The position numbers and the translations under genes are program-made. DNA of 64,000 nt from assembly GCA_030390025.1 (NCBI GenBank), contig CM059431.1, positions 137,766,001 through 137,830,000 of the forward strand, given 5' to 3'. Every line of letters begins with the position of its first letter. Position 1 is the stretch's first letter. The notes beneath the pieces are model-generated. The model made no database searches, was not told where the DNA came from, and worked only from the letters and a program-made list of their open reading frames with translations. This document shows positions 11,585 to 23,492 of this stretch, piece by piece. This DNA is from Squalus acanthias (Eukaryota).

Positions 11585-12830
11585 AATTAGTGATAGAGGA
11601 CAGGGTAATTCAGGGGAACATAGTAACTGTGTATTTAGAGATCGAGGACAGGGTCATTTAGGGGAACATAGAAATTGTGTAATTAGAGATAGAGGACAGG
11701 GTAATTTAGGGGAACACAGTAACTTGTAATTAGAGATAGAGGACAGGATAATTTAGGGGAACACAGTAACTGTGTAATTAGAGATAGAGGACAGGATAAT
11801 TTAGGGGAACACAGTAACTGTGTAATTAGAGATAGAGGACAGGGTAATTTAGGGGAACACATTAACTGTAAGTAGAGATAGAGGACAGGGTAATTTAGTG
11901 AAACATATTAACAGTGTAATTAGTGATAGAGGACAGGGAAATTTAGGGGAACACAGTAACTGTGTAATTAGAGATAGAGGGCAGGGTAATTTAGTGGAAC
12001 ACAGTAACTGTGTAATTAGAGATAGAGGACAGGGTACTTCAGGAGAACACAGTAACTGTTTAATTAGTGATAGAGGACAGGGTAATTCAGGGGAAACATA
12101 GTAACTGTGTATTTAGAGATCGAGGACAGGGTCATTTAGGGGAACATAGAAATTGTGTAATTAGAGATAGAGGACAGGGTAATTTAGGGGAACACAGTAA
12201 CTTTGTCATTAGAGATAGAGCACAGGGTAATTTAGGGGAACACAGTAACTGTGTAATTAGAGATAGAGGACAGGATAATTTAGGGGAACACAGTAACTTT
12301 GTAATTAGAGACAGAAGACAGTGTAATTTAGGGGTGCACAGTAACTGTGTAATTAGAGATAGAGGACAGGGAAATTTAGGGGGACACAGTAACTGTTTAA
12401 TTAGAGATAGAGGACAGGGTAATTTAGGGAAACACAGTAACTGTGTAATTAGAGATAGAGGGCAGGGTAATTTAGGAGTACACTGTAATTGTGTAATTAG
12501 AGATAGAGGACAGGTTAATTTTTTGGAACACTGTAACTGTGTAATTAGAGATAGAGGACAGGGTAATTTAGGGGAACACAGTAACTGTGTAATTAGTGAC
12601 AGAGGACAGGGTAATTTTGGGGATCACAGCAACTGTGTAATTTGAGATAGAGGACAGGGTAATTTAGGGGAACACAGTAACTGTAATTAGAGATAGAGGA
12701 CCGGGTAATTTAGGGGAACACGTTAACTGTGTAATTAGAGATAGAGGACAGGGGAAGTAAGGGGAACATGTTAACATTTTAATTAGAAATAGAGGACAGG
12801 AGACTTATGGGGAATGCTGTAACTGTTTAA
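11585..12830. repeat. 48 bp minisatellite, roughly 25 copies
   Basis: Unit aattagagatagaggacagggtaatttaggggaacacagtaactgtgt; gives the 16-aa periodic ORF 12067-12645. Confidence 0.95.
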
Positions 12831-12954
12831 TTATAAATGGGGACCAGGGAGAACATAAACCATTTATTTAGAAGTAGGGCCGTGGAAAGATATTAACCGT
12901 TTACTAACAAATAGAGGGCACAGGAATGCCCGGAGAACACAACAACTGTTCAAT

Positions 12955-13123
12955 ATGAATAGCAAAATAGAGCGGATGCTGGAATCTGAAATAACAACAG
13001 AAAATGCTGGAAACACTCAGCAGGTCAGGCCGCATCGAGGAGAGAGAAACAGAGCCAACGTTTCGGATTGAACCCTTCGACAGAATTGGAAAAGGTTAGG
13101 GCAGAGATATTTTTAAGTAGTAG
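12955..13123 (-). mobile_element. Short Penelope-derived 3' fragment
   Basis: Homologous to 58000-58140 and 35400-35496; flanked by the direct repeat ctgttcaat (12946-12954, 13124-13132). Confidence 0.7.
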
Positions 13124-14089
13124 CTGTTCAATTAGAAACGAGGGCGAGAATCACAACCATATGGGATGGAATTTGACACTCTAATGTAATGGTTAACTTT
13201 GCTTTCTATTTTACTTTTTGATTTTGGATGATGTCGTCAATTACATATCGACTTCACACGATTGTAGCTGGGTGCAGGTACATCGCATCTGAGTCTGATG
13301 GAGAGAAAACCTCTGCATGAAGCCTGACTGTTGCCTTAAGTACTGTTGGTCGTCTGACTCCAGTTAAATGAGAATGTGCCTGTTACACAGAATTACTCCA
13401 AACTCATAATCACTGCCCCAGAAGCTGGACGGCAGCCGGATTGGCAAAGCCTGGGCTCCACAGAGACTTGAAACTAAGTGGAGTTTGTCTTTTACAGAAG
13501 CTCAGAATCAAGTGGAACTTTGAAGAGTGACGGGTAAAGAGGACACTTAATCACACTTAATAAATGAAGCTCATTAACAAAGTACCGAAGCTATTGTTAG
13601 CGAAAGGTTTTCAATCAGGTTCCTGAACATTGAAGTTAGGTGGCATAGGTATTTGAAGCACACAGTATATGCAATAGTACTTAAACATACAATTAAAGGT
13701 ACTAACTACAATCACAGCTGCTGATTGTTGGTTGGGGATTCAAACGTGTTGTATTTCTGAACTCAGTGTCTAGGACCATTGTGAATGCTCATTCCAAACT
13801 GACACAGTTCCACTGCCTCTACGTATCAATCCTCACAATTTTGCATTATCTTATCATATAGAAGTGAAAATACAACTCCATATGAGGAAAATTTAATGAA
13901 CTCATGTTTTTATCATAAATGACAGTTTCTATTACTTAAAGAGTACATTTTCCTTTGGGCTGACACGTATATTTACCTTAGTTCGTTATATTACCAATAA
14001 TTCCACTCTTGTTCCTTTAATTGCAAATCGACCAAGTGAATACTTTAATTATAAATCAGTCTTTATTCCTGTACCATTTGTACCAATTT

Positions 14090-14417
14090 ACTCGCCAAGT
14101 CTCCTTCGGCAGCACCTCCCAAATCCGCGAACTTTGCCACCTGGAAGGACAAGGGCAGCAGGCGCATGGGAACACCAGCTCCAATTCCCCTCCAAGTCAC
14201 ATACCATCCTGACTTGGAATATATCGCCGTTCCTTCATCATCGCTGAGTCAAAATCCTGGAACTCCCTCCCCAACAGCACATTAGGAATTCCTTCACTAC
14301 AGGGACTGCAGCGGTTCAAGAGGGTGGCTCACCAGCATCTTCTCAAGGGCAATGAGGGACGGGCAATAAATGCTGGGCTTGCCAGCGCCTCCCACATCTC
14401 ATGAACGAATAAAAAAA
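14090..14417 (+). mobile_element. LINE 3' end fragment; similar fragment at about 38730-39110
   Basis: Decayed ORF2 C-terminus (KSWNSLP) and tail gggcaataaatgctgg...atgaacgaataaaaaaa. Confidence 0.7.
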
Positions 14418-14772
14418 TGATGATGGCTGTCCAGATGTTTACCTTTACATAATTAACAGATTTCCAATACTGTCATTTAATGATTAAAGTTCTCTGAAAT
14501 GTATGAATCCGTTTAAAATGACATGTCTTTAATTACATTTCTTCTTACTGCAACCTGAATCTGACCATTGCTACAGGGTGAGCCCTCGCTCATCAGCTCA
14601 GTGCTACTTTAAATTGACTGCTTAACAGGCAAAGGTTAAAGGGTAACGTTACGACAATATTAAGATAACCAATACAGTATAACACTAGCAGACTTCAGGA
14701 CCGTCTGATTATCCTTTCCCGTACATGCCCTCTGTCGTAGCATTAGAGTATTTAATGTCAGCATTAAATTAT

Positions 14773-15528
14773 GGGGCAGAAATTAGGCTCGCCACGGGTG
14801 AGTCCGCACTATGTACTCACCCGTGGACGGAACGAAAGTGCCGGTTTCTTCCATGCACTGCGCATGCGCGGTAAACCGGCACTTCCGTTCCCCTGAAGGA
14901 ATGGGTTCACAGGTCGAACGCGCACGAGGGAGAGGCAGCAAGTAGACCTCGCACTTCGGTATTTTTTACACGTTCCTCCCTGAGGTTAAGCACGGAGAAG
15001 ATACACTTTGAAAAAGGCGGCGCAAGGCCTTCTTTTAACAAGGTAAGTGTTGATTTTATTTAAATTTAAACATTTTTCACAGATTTATCTTTTTTAATTA
15101 CTTTAAAGAAAGGTAAGTTTAGTTTTAGCCCCGTTAAAAAGTGTAATTTTTTTTTCAAAAATTTAAATTTTTGTTTAAAATAGTTAATTTATGTTCTTTA
15201 TAGTAATTTTAAAAATGTCATAAAAAAAATTATTTGTAGTTTCAGGGAAGTTTTGGGGCCGATTTGTATTCATAGATTTGAGAGGTTTCCTGTCAAATCT
15301 ATGAATGAAAGATGGCCTGCTACCATTGGCTCTCCATGGCCCACGTGATCCCAGGGGATGCATCACACTAGCTACGCCCCTGGGATACGCAAGCACTGCG
15401 CGCCGGCAGTTGGAAGAGGCCCAGGACCCGAATCACCCGCGGGCCCAGGGGTCAACGGCAGGCGCGGTAGGTAGGTGCGAGCACGATCCTTGCACTCGTG
15501 GGAAGCCAGGGTGCCGAATTTCTGGCCC
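14773..15528. mobile_element. Harbinger/Tourist-like non-autonomous element (~750 bp family), copy 1
   Basis: TIRs ggggcagaaatt / aatttctggccc; 3 bp TSD TAT; AT-rich centre; subterminal hairpins. Confidence 0.8.
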
Positions 15529-16903
15529 TATATCTCATCAGCAACGTAAATCTATCGCGGTCAATTCTTTTGTGCAGATCTCTACACATCGGTTTTACAC
15601 ATTAAACTCTCCAGAACCACATTAACCTTTTCAAGTAGGGTTGTTTTCAGCATTATTGACTGTGTCTTGGACCTGTTCACCATGGAATCTTCATCATGAA
15701 TATCGCCGGCTAGTTGCATCTTGCACAACACGTCACTTCTGCACACACAGCGATAATCCAGGATCATGCAGCGCAATACATCCGACACAACACATTCCTG
15801 CCCTTTCTGTCAATCCGGGTTGAGGGGGGTGTGGGGGTGCGGATTCTATAGGTGTTTGATTTTAACATAACAACTACATTCTTCTCATTATTCAGTTTAA
15901 GCAAGGACACAACCATCTCCAACGGAAAGCTGTCAATTAACCATCTTAACTAAAATGTCTTGACTTACACGAGATTGTGCATTGATTCCAGACTTATATC
16001 TTTTGACGAGTCGTGCCAAGGTGACTTACGTTAAGAAGGGACGTGATAGCATATATAGGAGACAGTTTCCATTAGTTGAGGATCAAGAACTAACTGCCAT
16101 AGATAAATGAATAAATGGAAGAGATTTAGAACTGAGAGTAGGATAACCCTCTTTACATGGAGAGTTCTGAGGTTGTGGAATTCACAGAGGGAGAAATGAT
16201 GTCCATTTCAAGTTTAAATTGGATATATCAATGAATAAAAATAGGTTGATGGGATGTTGAGATAAGGCGGGTAAAGTGATTGGAATTTTTTCTCGGGTGC
16301 AGTGTAAACGCGGTCACGGATTGGTTTGGAAAAATGATTATCAATTCTACAACATTTTGAAGACCAGTTTGGGATTTAAGTAAACATCTGAGAACAAAGA
16401 TGTCTAATGTCACATTGACGAGTCAATTTCCTACTGTCTCCATCATTAGACACTGATCAGGAGACAGGGCCCCGTTCTATTGGTCCAGGAGACAATGGGG
16501 GGCGGAGTCTGATGGGGAGACCAGCGCCTGCAATATTCACACCGAAATTACAGAATTACAGAAAACCACCATTGTAACAATGTGTTTCAACATTAAAGGA
16601 AAATGTAACTATTAATTAAACTGGGGCGAATCATTCCAGTACCTGCGGTGTGATGCAGTTAACGCTGACGCCCACGTGTTCTACTCCACTGCTGAAGCTC
16701 AATCATGACTGTTCTCTTTGGATCTTGAGCGGGAAATGCGCTGTTTTAGCGGGAATCGATTATGTTCACCGGGGAAAGCAGCAGACATCAGAGACACGGC
16801 ACAAAGTGGGAGAAATGTTCTCTGATGCCTTTGAATTTTCACAACAGCAAACCATAGTATTTGAACTCTAGTTAGGACCGGAATCTTTGTTTTATTTTTT
16901 CAT

Positions 16904-17796
16904 TTATTTGCAAATAAATGTCCAAGGAATTTTCATCACCTGCTTCAGCTCTTCCCTGAATTTAGTTTGTGTAGCTGCATAAATACACGTGTTTGTACAG
17001 GAGCTCAAATACATGAGCATATATCCGGTTTCAGCGGCAATATAGGCAGGGGCTGCATAATCGCCTCGGTAATGCGCGGTGTTTGTCGGTCCGGTAGTTA
17101 AATTAGTAACGGTAGTTGTCAGCCACAACAGTATAAAACTGGCCGATACACTGAAAAGTAAAACGATGGATTTCCTTCGGTTCTCTATCTCTGGATCGCT
17201 CTGATTCTCACTGCTGTGACCCCGGAGTCCCCTGCGGGCTCTACTGGCCACTAAAATACGTCTGGCTGTCAAACAATTAAACAGTAATATCAAAACATAA
17301 CTAAGCCAAGAAAAACAAATGCTACGTAACCAGGAAAACGCCACACCTACAGGCGATGAAGAAAACTCCACTCTGGGTCGGCAACTCCAGGGAACATTGT
17401 TAATTATTCGCTCAGGTTCAAATGCAAACCAAAAGAGAAGGCTCTGTAAACAGATCAGGACAGAGACCGTTGTTATAACCGCGGCCGCAGTTCTCACTGT
17501 GCAATACTTGGTTTTAAACTTCTCACAACATATAGCTACAAATCGGTCAAATGTGATCGAGACTGTAAACCACACCGACAAATACAGGGCGACACATTGC
17601 AGGTATATAATGATCTTATAAACGACAGTGTAGGACAGGAATGTATGTGGAAAGTGATAACGTAAAATGCGATTCACTAATATATTGATGATCATGACCA
17701 GGAGATCTGCTGTTGCCATGGCCACCATGTAGACATAGATACATTTGGAAAGGCCGCAGTTTCCTGTGGAGAGAATCACGATTGTCAGTAGGTTCG
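16904..17796 (-). CDS. GPR139/GPR142-like class A orphan GPCR, copy 1, exon 2 (TM1-TM7)
   Basis: Seven hydrophobic segments with MATADLLV (TM2), FDRFVAIC (TM3) and TNTCIY (NPxxY variant). Acceptor ttctcacag|CGAAC, phase 1. The ORF-track start lies in the intron. Confidence 0.92.
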
Positions 17797-18546
17797 CTGT
17801 GAGAAATAGGGACAAGAGGTCATTAACAGGGTCACTCAGTTAAATCTCACAGCATATTGTGGGGAAATGTTCAGATGTGTCCCTACTTAGGGTGATGCAC
17901 ACGGATTGTTATCATGAATATCGGCGAGGGTTAATGTATTTTGTTTAACATAAATTATTCATTGGACATTCAATATAGAGGGACTGAAAAACGTTCATCC
18001 TTCCAGCATAAATCACTAAGTCTTTGTCAAATATTAAATATTATTTCACGGCAATTAATGGAAAGATATATTTCTAATGAAACATTCAGCTGAGACAGAA
18101 ACGTTCAATCTATGTCCAAATTCCGCCGAGGGGAGTGGAGCATCTTCTTGAGTGGAAATTATTTCTCAAAATATCTTTCAAAGTCCCCTGTTGGGTGGAG
18201 GTGGCTGCAGTCTGAGGAATTATCACATTAATATAGACAGGGAACAACGGCACAAATGAGGTGAATATTATAGACACTGAGCAACACGTTCTTTAGTGAT
18301 CTATGCACGGTTGGAGAGGCCGGGGAATTAGCCTCGCCCTCCCTCAGTATAGGGAGGAAGGTTGAGCGTCCGGTACAAAGGATCTGCCCACCAGAACAGC
18401 GCCCGCGCGGTCTGGTAGGATTCTCGCTGATATTCAGCGACTGATCCCGGTGGATGAATGAATCTGCAATAAGGACATTCTCAGAAGATGTTGCATTAAC
18501 ACTCAGATAGTCAACAGCTATTAGGCAACAGGATACATTGACTTAC

Positions 18547-18616
18547 CGGGAACGCCAAAGGCTCCGAGAAAATGATAGTAATTGTCCCTTATCTGTAGAA
18601 TTGCTGGCCGTGCCAT
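18547..18616 (-). CDS. GPCR copy 1, exon 1
   Basis: ATG GCA CGG...GTT CCC G|gtaagt; MARPAILQIRDNYYHFLGAFGVP; 70 nt, phase 1. Joins exon 2 to give GVPAN (TM1 Asn). Confidence 0.88.
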
Positions 18617-18695
18617 TGTTTTGCAGATTTGTGTGAAGATTGAGCGGCTTTACGGTTCCGACTAGAGGCAATCGGAGATCCGTAAATGCTCCCCC

Positions 18696-18701
18696 TTTAT
18701 A
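18696..18701 (-). promoter_or_regulatory. Candidate TATA box of GPCR copy 1
   Basis: ccTATAAAgggg on the minus strand, 80 bp upstream of the ATG. Confidence 0.5.
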
Positions 18702-19199
18702 GGACCGCCGCTGCCCCTGTGAGAAAATCATGTTACACAATAATTGGCGTTAGTTACAGTCACTTAACAAACAAGGGGCGATTTTCCCCTTCAGTGCGCC
18801 CCGGCCGCCACTGGGGAAATTGTACAATTTAGTCCGTGAAACTCCGTCCATTAAAAACAATGAACGGAAAGTAATCCCAGAGGGAATGTGCTCTGCGAAT
18901 CTCTGGTGAAAACTGAAGGCAACATCCTTCCCGGACTCTGCATTAGGTTCTTGAAGTCACATGTTAATTTGGTGAAATCGTCACTCAATTGGAGGAACTG
19001 AATTGGAGGATCAGCCATGATCTCATTAAATGGCGGAGCAGGCTCGAAGGGCCGGATGGCCTACTCCTGCTCCTATCTTCTATGTATCTATGTATCTATG
19101 TATCCATTGTATAACGATTTGTTTTGTACTGTGATGATGAATGATGATGAATCGGCTCTAACATGACTGACGATGATTCTAATCTTAAATTACTGATGG

Positions 19200-19524
19200 T
19201 GACACGGTGGCATAGTGGTTAGCACTGTTGCCTCACAGAGCCAGGGTACGAACCCGGCCCGGGGTGACTGTCTGTGTGGAGTTTGTACATTCTCCCCGTG
19301 TCTGCGTGGGTTTCCTCCGGGTGCTCCGGTTTCCTCCCACAGTCCAAAGATTTGTGGGTTTGATTGATTTGGCTATGATAAATTGACCCTTAGTGTTAGG
19401 GGGGATTAAATACGTGGGGTTACGGGGATAGGGTGGTATATGAGTCGGTGCAGGCTCGATGGGCCGAAATGGCCTCTATCTGCACTGTGGGGATTCTGTG
19501 TTTCTGTGATCCTGTGATTCTGTG
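19200..19524 (+). mobile_element. HE1-like V-SINE (elasmobranch)
   Basis: tRNA-like head tggcatagtggttagcactgttgcctcacag; V-domain gtgtggagtttgtacattctccccgtgtctgcgtgggtttcctccgggtgctccggtttcctcccac; CR1-type tail with (ttctgtga)n. Confidence 0.85.
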
Positions 19525-19526
19525 AC

Positions 19527-20125
19527 GCTACTCTAACATTACTCGTGGTGGCCCTACTCTAACATTACTGGTGGTGACTCTGCATTACCATTACTGGTGG
19601 TGACCCCACTCTAACATTCCTGGTGGTGAACCTACTCTAACATTACTGGTGGTGACTCTGCATTACCATTACTGGTGGTGACCCTACTCTAACACTACTG
19701 CTGGTGAACCTACTCTAACATTACTGGTGGTGACTCTGCATTACCATTACTGGTGGTGACCCCACTCTAACACTCCTGGTGGTGAACCTACTCTAACATT
19801 ACTGGTGGTGACTCTGCACTACCATTACTGGTGGTGACCCTACTCTAACACTACTGCTGGTGAACCTACTCTAACATTAGTGGTGGTGACCCTACTCTAT
19901 CATTACTGCTGATGACACGACGCTGACATTCATGTTGTTGATCCCAGATAACCTTACAGGTGATGACCCTACGCTAACACTACTGAAGTTGATCCTATAC
20001 TCACAGTACATGCCATGAATCTAGGCTACCATTGCTGGTAGTGATCCTACTGCTTCATTACTGGGGGTGACCCTACTGTAACATTACTGGGGGTGAACCT
20101 AATCTAACATTACTGGTGGTGAACC
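19527..20125. repeat. 26 bp minisatellite with higher-order structure
   Basis: Unit actggtggtgaccctactctaacatt; tggtggtga at 19569, 19595, 19621... Confidence 0.9.
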
Positions 20126-20409
20126 TGCGCACGTGTTCCACCTCTGAATTCCTTCCTTCAGGGGAACGGAAGTTCCGGTTTGCCGCGCATGCGCAGTGCA
20201 TGCCTGAAACCGGCACTTCAGGTGGCCTTGCGGGTGAGTACACAGCGCGTACTCACACGACAAGAGCCGAATTTCTGTCCCAAATTTTTTTCCGTTGCTA
20301 AAAATAAACGTAACTTTCTTTAAAGTATTTTTAAATGATAAATAAGTGAAACACCTTTTAAAAACATTTTTCAACTCTTATCCTGGTAAAAGCAAGCCTT
20401 ACGCCTGCT
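20126..20409. mobile_element. Fragments of the ~750 bp MITE family; the second fragment continues at 23493-23737 after a CR1 insertion
   Basis: TIR-like end aatttctgtccc at 20281; hairpin with gcgcatgcgc; the host reads acgcctgct|...|tgcttttaccagg; end aatatctgggcc at 23737. Confidence 0.65.
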
Positions 20410-23400
20410 CATAGAGTCATAGAGTTATACAGCACATAAAGAGGCCCTTCGGCCCATCGTGTCTGCGCCGGCCATCAAGCAGTATCTATTCTAATCCCAT
20501 TTTCCAGCACTTTGTCCGTAGCCTTGTATGCTATGGCGTTTCAAGTGCTCATCTAAATGCTTCTTGTGTGTTGTGAGGGTGCCTCCCCCTACCACACTTT
20601 CAGGCAGAGAGTTCCAGATTCCAACCACCCTCTGGGTGAAAACGATTTTCCTCAAATCCCCTCTAAATCTCCTGCCCCTTATCTTGAAACTATGCTCCCT
20701 GGTTATTGGCCCCTCTACTAAGGGGAAAAGTTCCTTTCTATCTACGATGTCTATTCCCCTCATAATTTTGTACACCTCAATCAGGTCCCCCCTCAGCCTT
20801 CTCTGCTCTAGGGAAAACAACCCCAGCCTGTTAAGTCTCTCTTCATAGCTGAAACGCTCCAGCCCAGCTAACATCCTGGGGAATCTCCTCTGCACCCTCT
20901 CCAATTCAATCACATCCTTCTATAGTGTGGCGACCAGAACTGCACACAGTATTCCAGCTGTGGCCTAACTAGTGTTTTGTACAGCTTCATCATAACCTCC
21001 CTGCTCTTATATTCTATGCTTCGGCTAATGAAGGCAATATCCCATATGCCTTTCTGACCATCTTATCTACCTGTCCTGCTGCCTTCAGGAATCTATATAC
21101 ATGCACACCAAGGGCGCTCTGATCCTTCGTCCTTCCTAGAGTCCTACCATTCATTGTGTATTCCCTTGCCTTTTTAGTCATCCTAAAATGCACCACCTCA
21201 CACTTTTCAGGGTTAAACTCCATTTGCCACTGATCTGCCCATCTGACCAACCCGCCTATATCGTCCTGTAGCCTGAGGCTTCCCTCCTCGTTATTTACCA
21301 CTCCACCAATATTCGTGTCATCTGTGAACTTACTGATCATACCTCCTACATTCAAATCTAAATCATTAATGTACACTACAAGCAGCAATGGGCCCAGCAC
21401 CGATCCCTGCGGTACACCACTGGACACAGGCTGCCAGTAACAAAAACAACCTTCGACCATCACTCTCTGCCTCCTGCCACTAAACCAATTTTGGATCCAA
21501 CGTGTCAAATTGCCCTGGAACTCATGGGCTCTTACCTTCTTGACCAGTCTCCCATGCGGGGCTTTGTCAGAAGCCTTACTGAAGTCCATGTAGACTACAT
21601 CAACTGCACTACCCTCATTCACACAACTAGTCAGCTCCTCGAAAAAGTCAATCAAATTGGTTAGACAGGATCTCCCCCTGACAAAGCCATGCTGACTATC
21701 CTTGATTAATCCTTGCCTCTCCAAGTGGAGACTAATTCTGTCCCTCAGAATGTTTTCCAATAATTTCCCTACCACTGATGTTAGGCTGACTGGCCTGTAA
21801 TTCCCTGGTTTATCCCTACTACCCTTCTTGAATAATGGTACTACGTTAGATGTCCTCCAGTCCTCTTGCACCTCCCCTGTGGCCAGAGAGATTCTGAAAA
21901 TTTGTGTTCGTGCTCCTGTAATCTCATCCCTTGCCTCACACAGCAGCCTGGGATACATCTCGTCTGAGCCTGGGGACTTGTCCAGTTTTAAATCCGCTAA
22001 CACCGCGAGTACCTACTCCCTCTCAATGCTAATTTGTTCAAGTATATCACAATACCTCTGCCTGATTTCTATGCCTACATCATCCTTCTCCATATTGAAC
22101 ATAGATGCAAAATATTCATTTAAAACCTCACCTACATCTTCCGGCTCTACACAGAGATTGCCACTTTGGTCCCTAATTGGCCCTATTCTTTCCCTGGATA
22201 TCCACTTGCCTTAATATACTTAAATAACAACTTGGGATTTTCCTTTATTTTGCCCGCCAGTGGTTTTTCATGCCCCCTCTTCGCTCTCCTAAATTCTTTT
22301 TTAAGTAGCCCCTGCACTTTCTATACTCCTGTAGGGCTTCCACTGTTTTTACTCATTTGTATCTGCCAAAAGCCTCACTTTTTTTCCTAATCCATTGTTG
22401 TATATCCCTTGACAACCAGGGTTCCCTGGACTTGTTGGTCCCACCCTTGACCTTTACGGGAACATGTTGGCGCTGTACTCTCTCTTTTTCCTTTCTGAAT
22501 GCCTCCCACTGCTCTGATGAGGATTTTACTACAAGTAGCTGATCCCTGTCCACTTTGGCCAGATCCTGCCTTATCATATTAAAATCGGCCTTCTCCCAAT
22601 TTAGAACCTTTATTTCCGTCTCATCTTTGTCCCTTTCCATGACTACCTTAAATCTCACCGAATTATGTTCACTGTCACCTAAACTCTCCTACTGACACTT
22701 CTGCCACTTGCCCGGCTACATTCCCTAGAATTAGGTCCAGTACCGCCCCCTCTCTTGGAGGACATACTACATGCTGGCTCAAAACTTTCTCCTGGCTGCA
22801 CTTTAATAATTCTGCACCCTCTAAGCCTTTCAAACTCTGACTATCCCAGTTAATATTGGGGAAGTTGAAATCCCCTACTATTATTACCCAATTATTTCTG
22901 CACTTCTCTGAGATTTGCCTACATATCTGATCCTCTGTCTCCCCCTGACTGTTTGGGGGCCTATAGTTCACTCCCAGCAAAGTGCTTGCCCCCCTTTTTG
23001 TTTGTAAGTACTACCCATATGGCCTCATTAGAGGAACCTGCTAAGATATCATCCCTCCTTACTGCAGTAATTGCCTCCATGATCAAAATTGCGACAACCC
23101 CTCCTCTTTTACAAACCCCTCTGTCTCGCCTGAAGATTCTATACCCCGGAATATTGATCTGCCAGTCCTGCCCCTCCTTCAACCTTGTCTCTGTGATAGC
23201 AACAATATCATACTTCCATGTGTTCATCAACACATTCAATTCATCTGCCTTACTCGCAAGACTCCATGTATTAAAATAAATGCCATCCAACCTTGCCATA
23301 CTCCCTTGTGCCGTTACATATTTGCTCTGCCTTCCAGACTGACTTGTTTTTTCCTCTTTATTTGGCTGTGCATCACCACCTACTATAGCTCCACTCCGTA

Positions 23401-23492
23401 TCCCATCCCCCTGCCAAGTTAGTTTAACCCCCCTGCCCCCAACAGCACGAGCAACCCTCCCCACAAGGTTGTTGGTCCCATTCCGGTTCAGG
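20410..23492 (-). mobile_element. CR1 LINE, 5'-truncated within ORF1, degenerate ORF2
   Basis: Endonuclease (DIVAITETRL, GDFNFPNINW) and RT (NYRPVSLTS, GVPQGSVLGP, KFTDD) ORF pieces; octamer tail actctatg. Confidence 0.95.

Noticed and set aside
11585..12830. CRISPR-like array or repeat protein (ORF 12067-12645)
   Set aside because: Contiguous 48 bp units with no unique spacers; indels break the frame; eukaryotic context.
16904..18616. True GPR139 or GPR142 ortholog (gene symbol)
   Set aside because: Only family-level similarity can be seen; there are tandem paralogs and orthology needs a tree.
19200..19270. tRNA genes here and at about 7195, 55078 and 316
   Set aside because: Only A/B-box-like remnants continuing into SINE bodies; no full cloverleaf.
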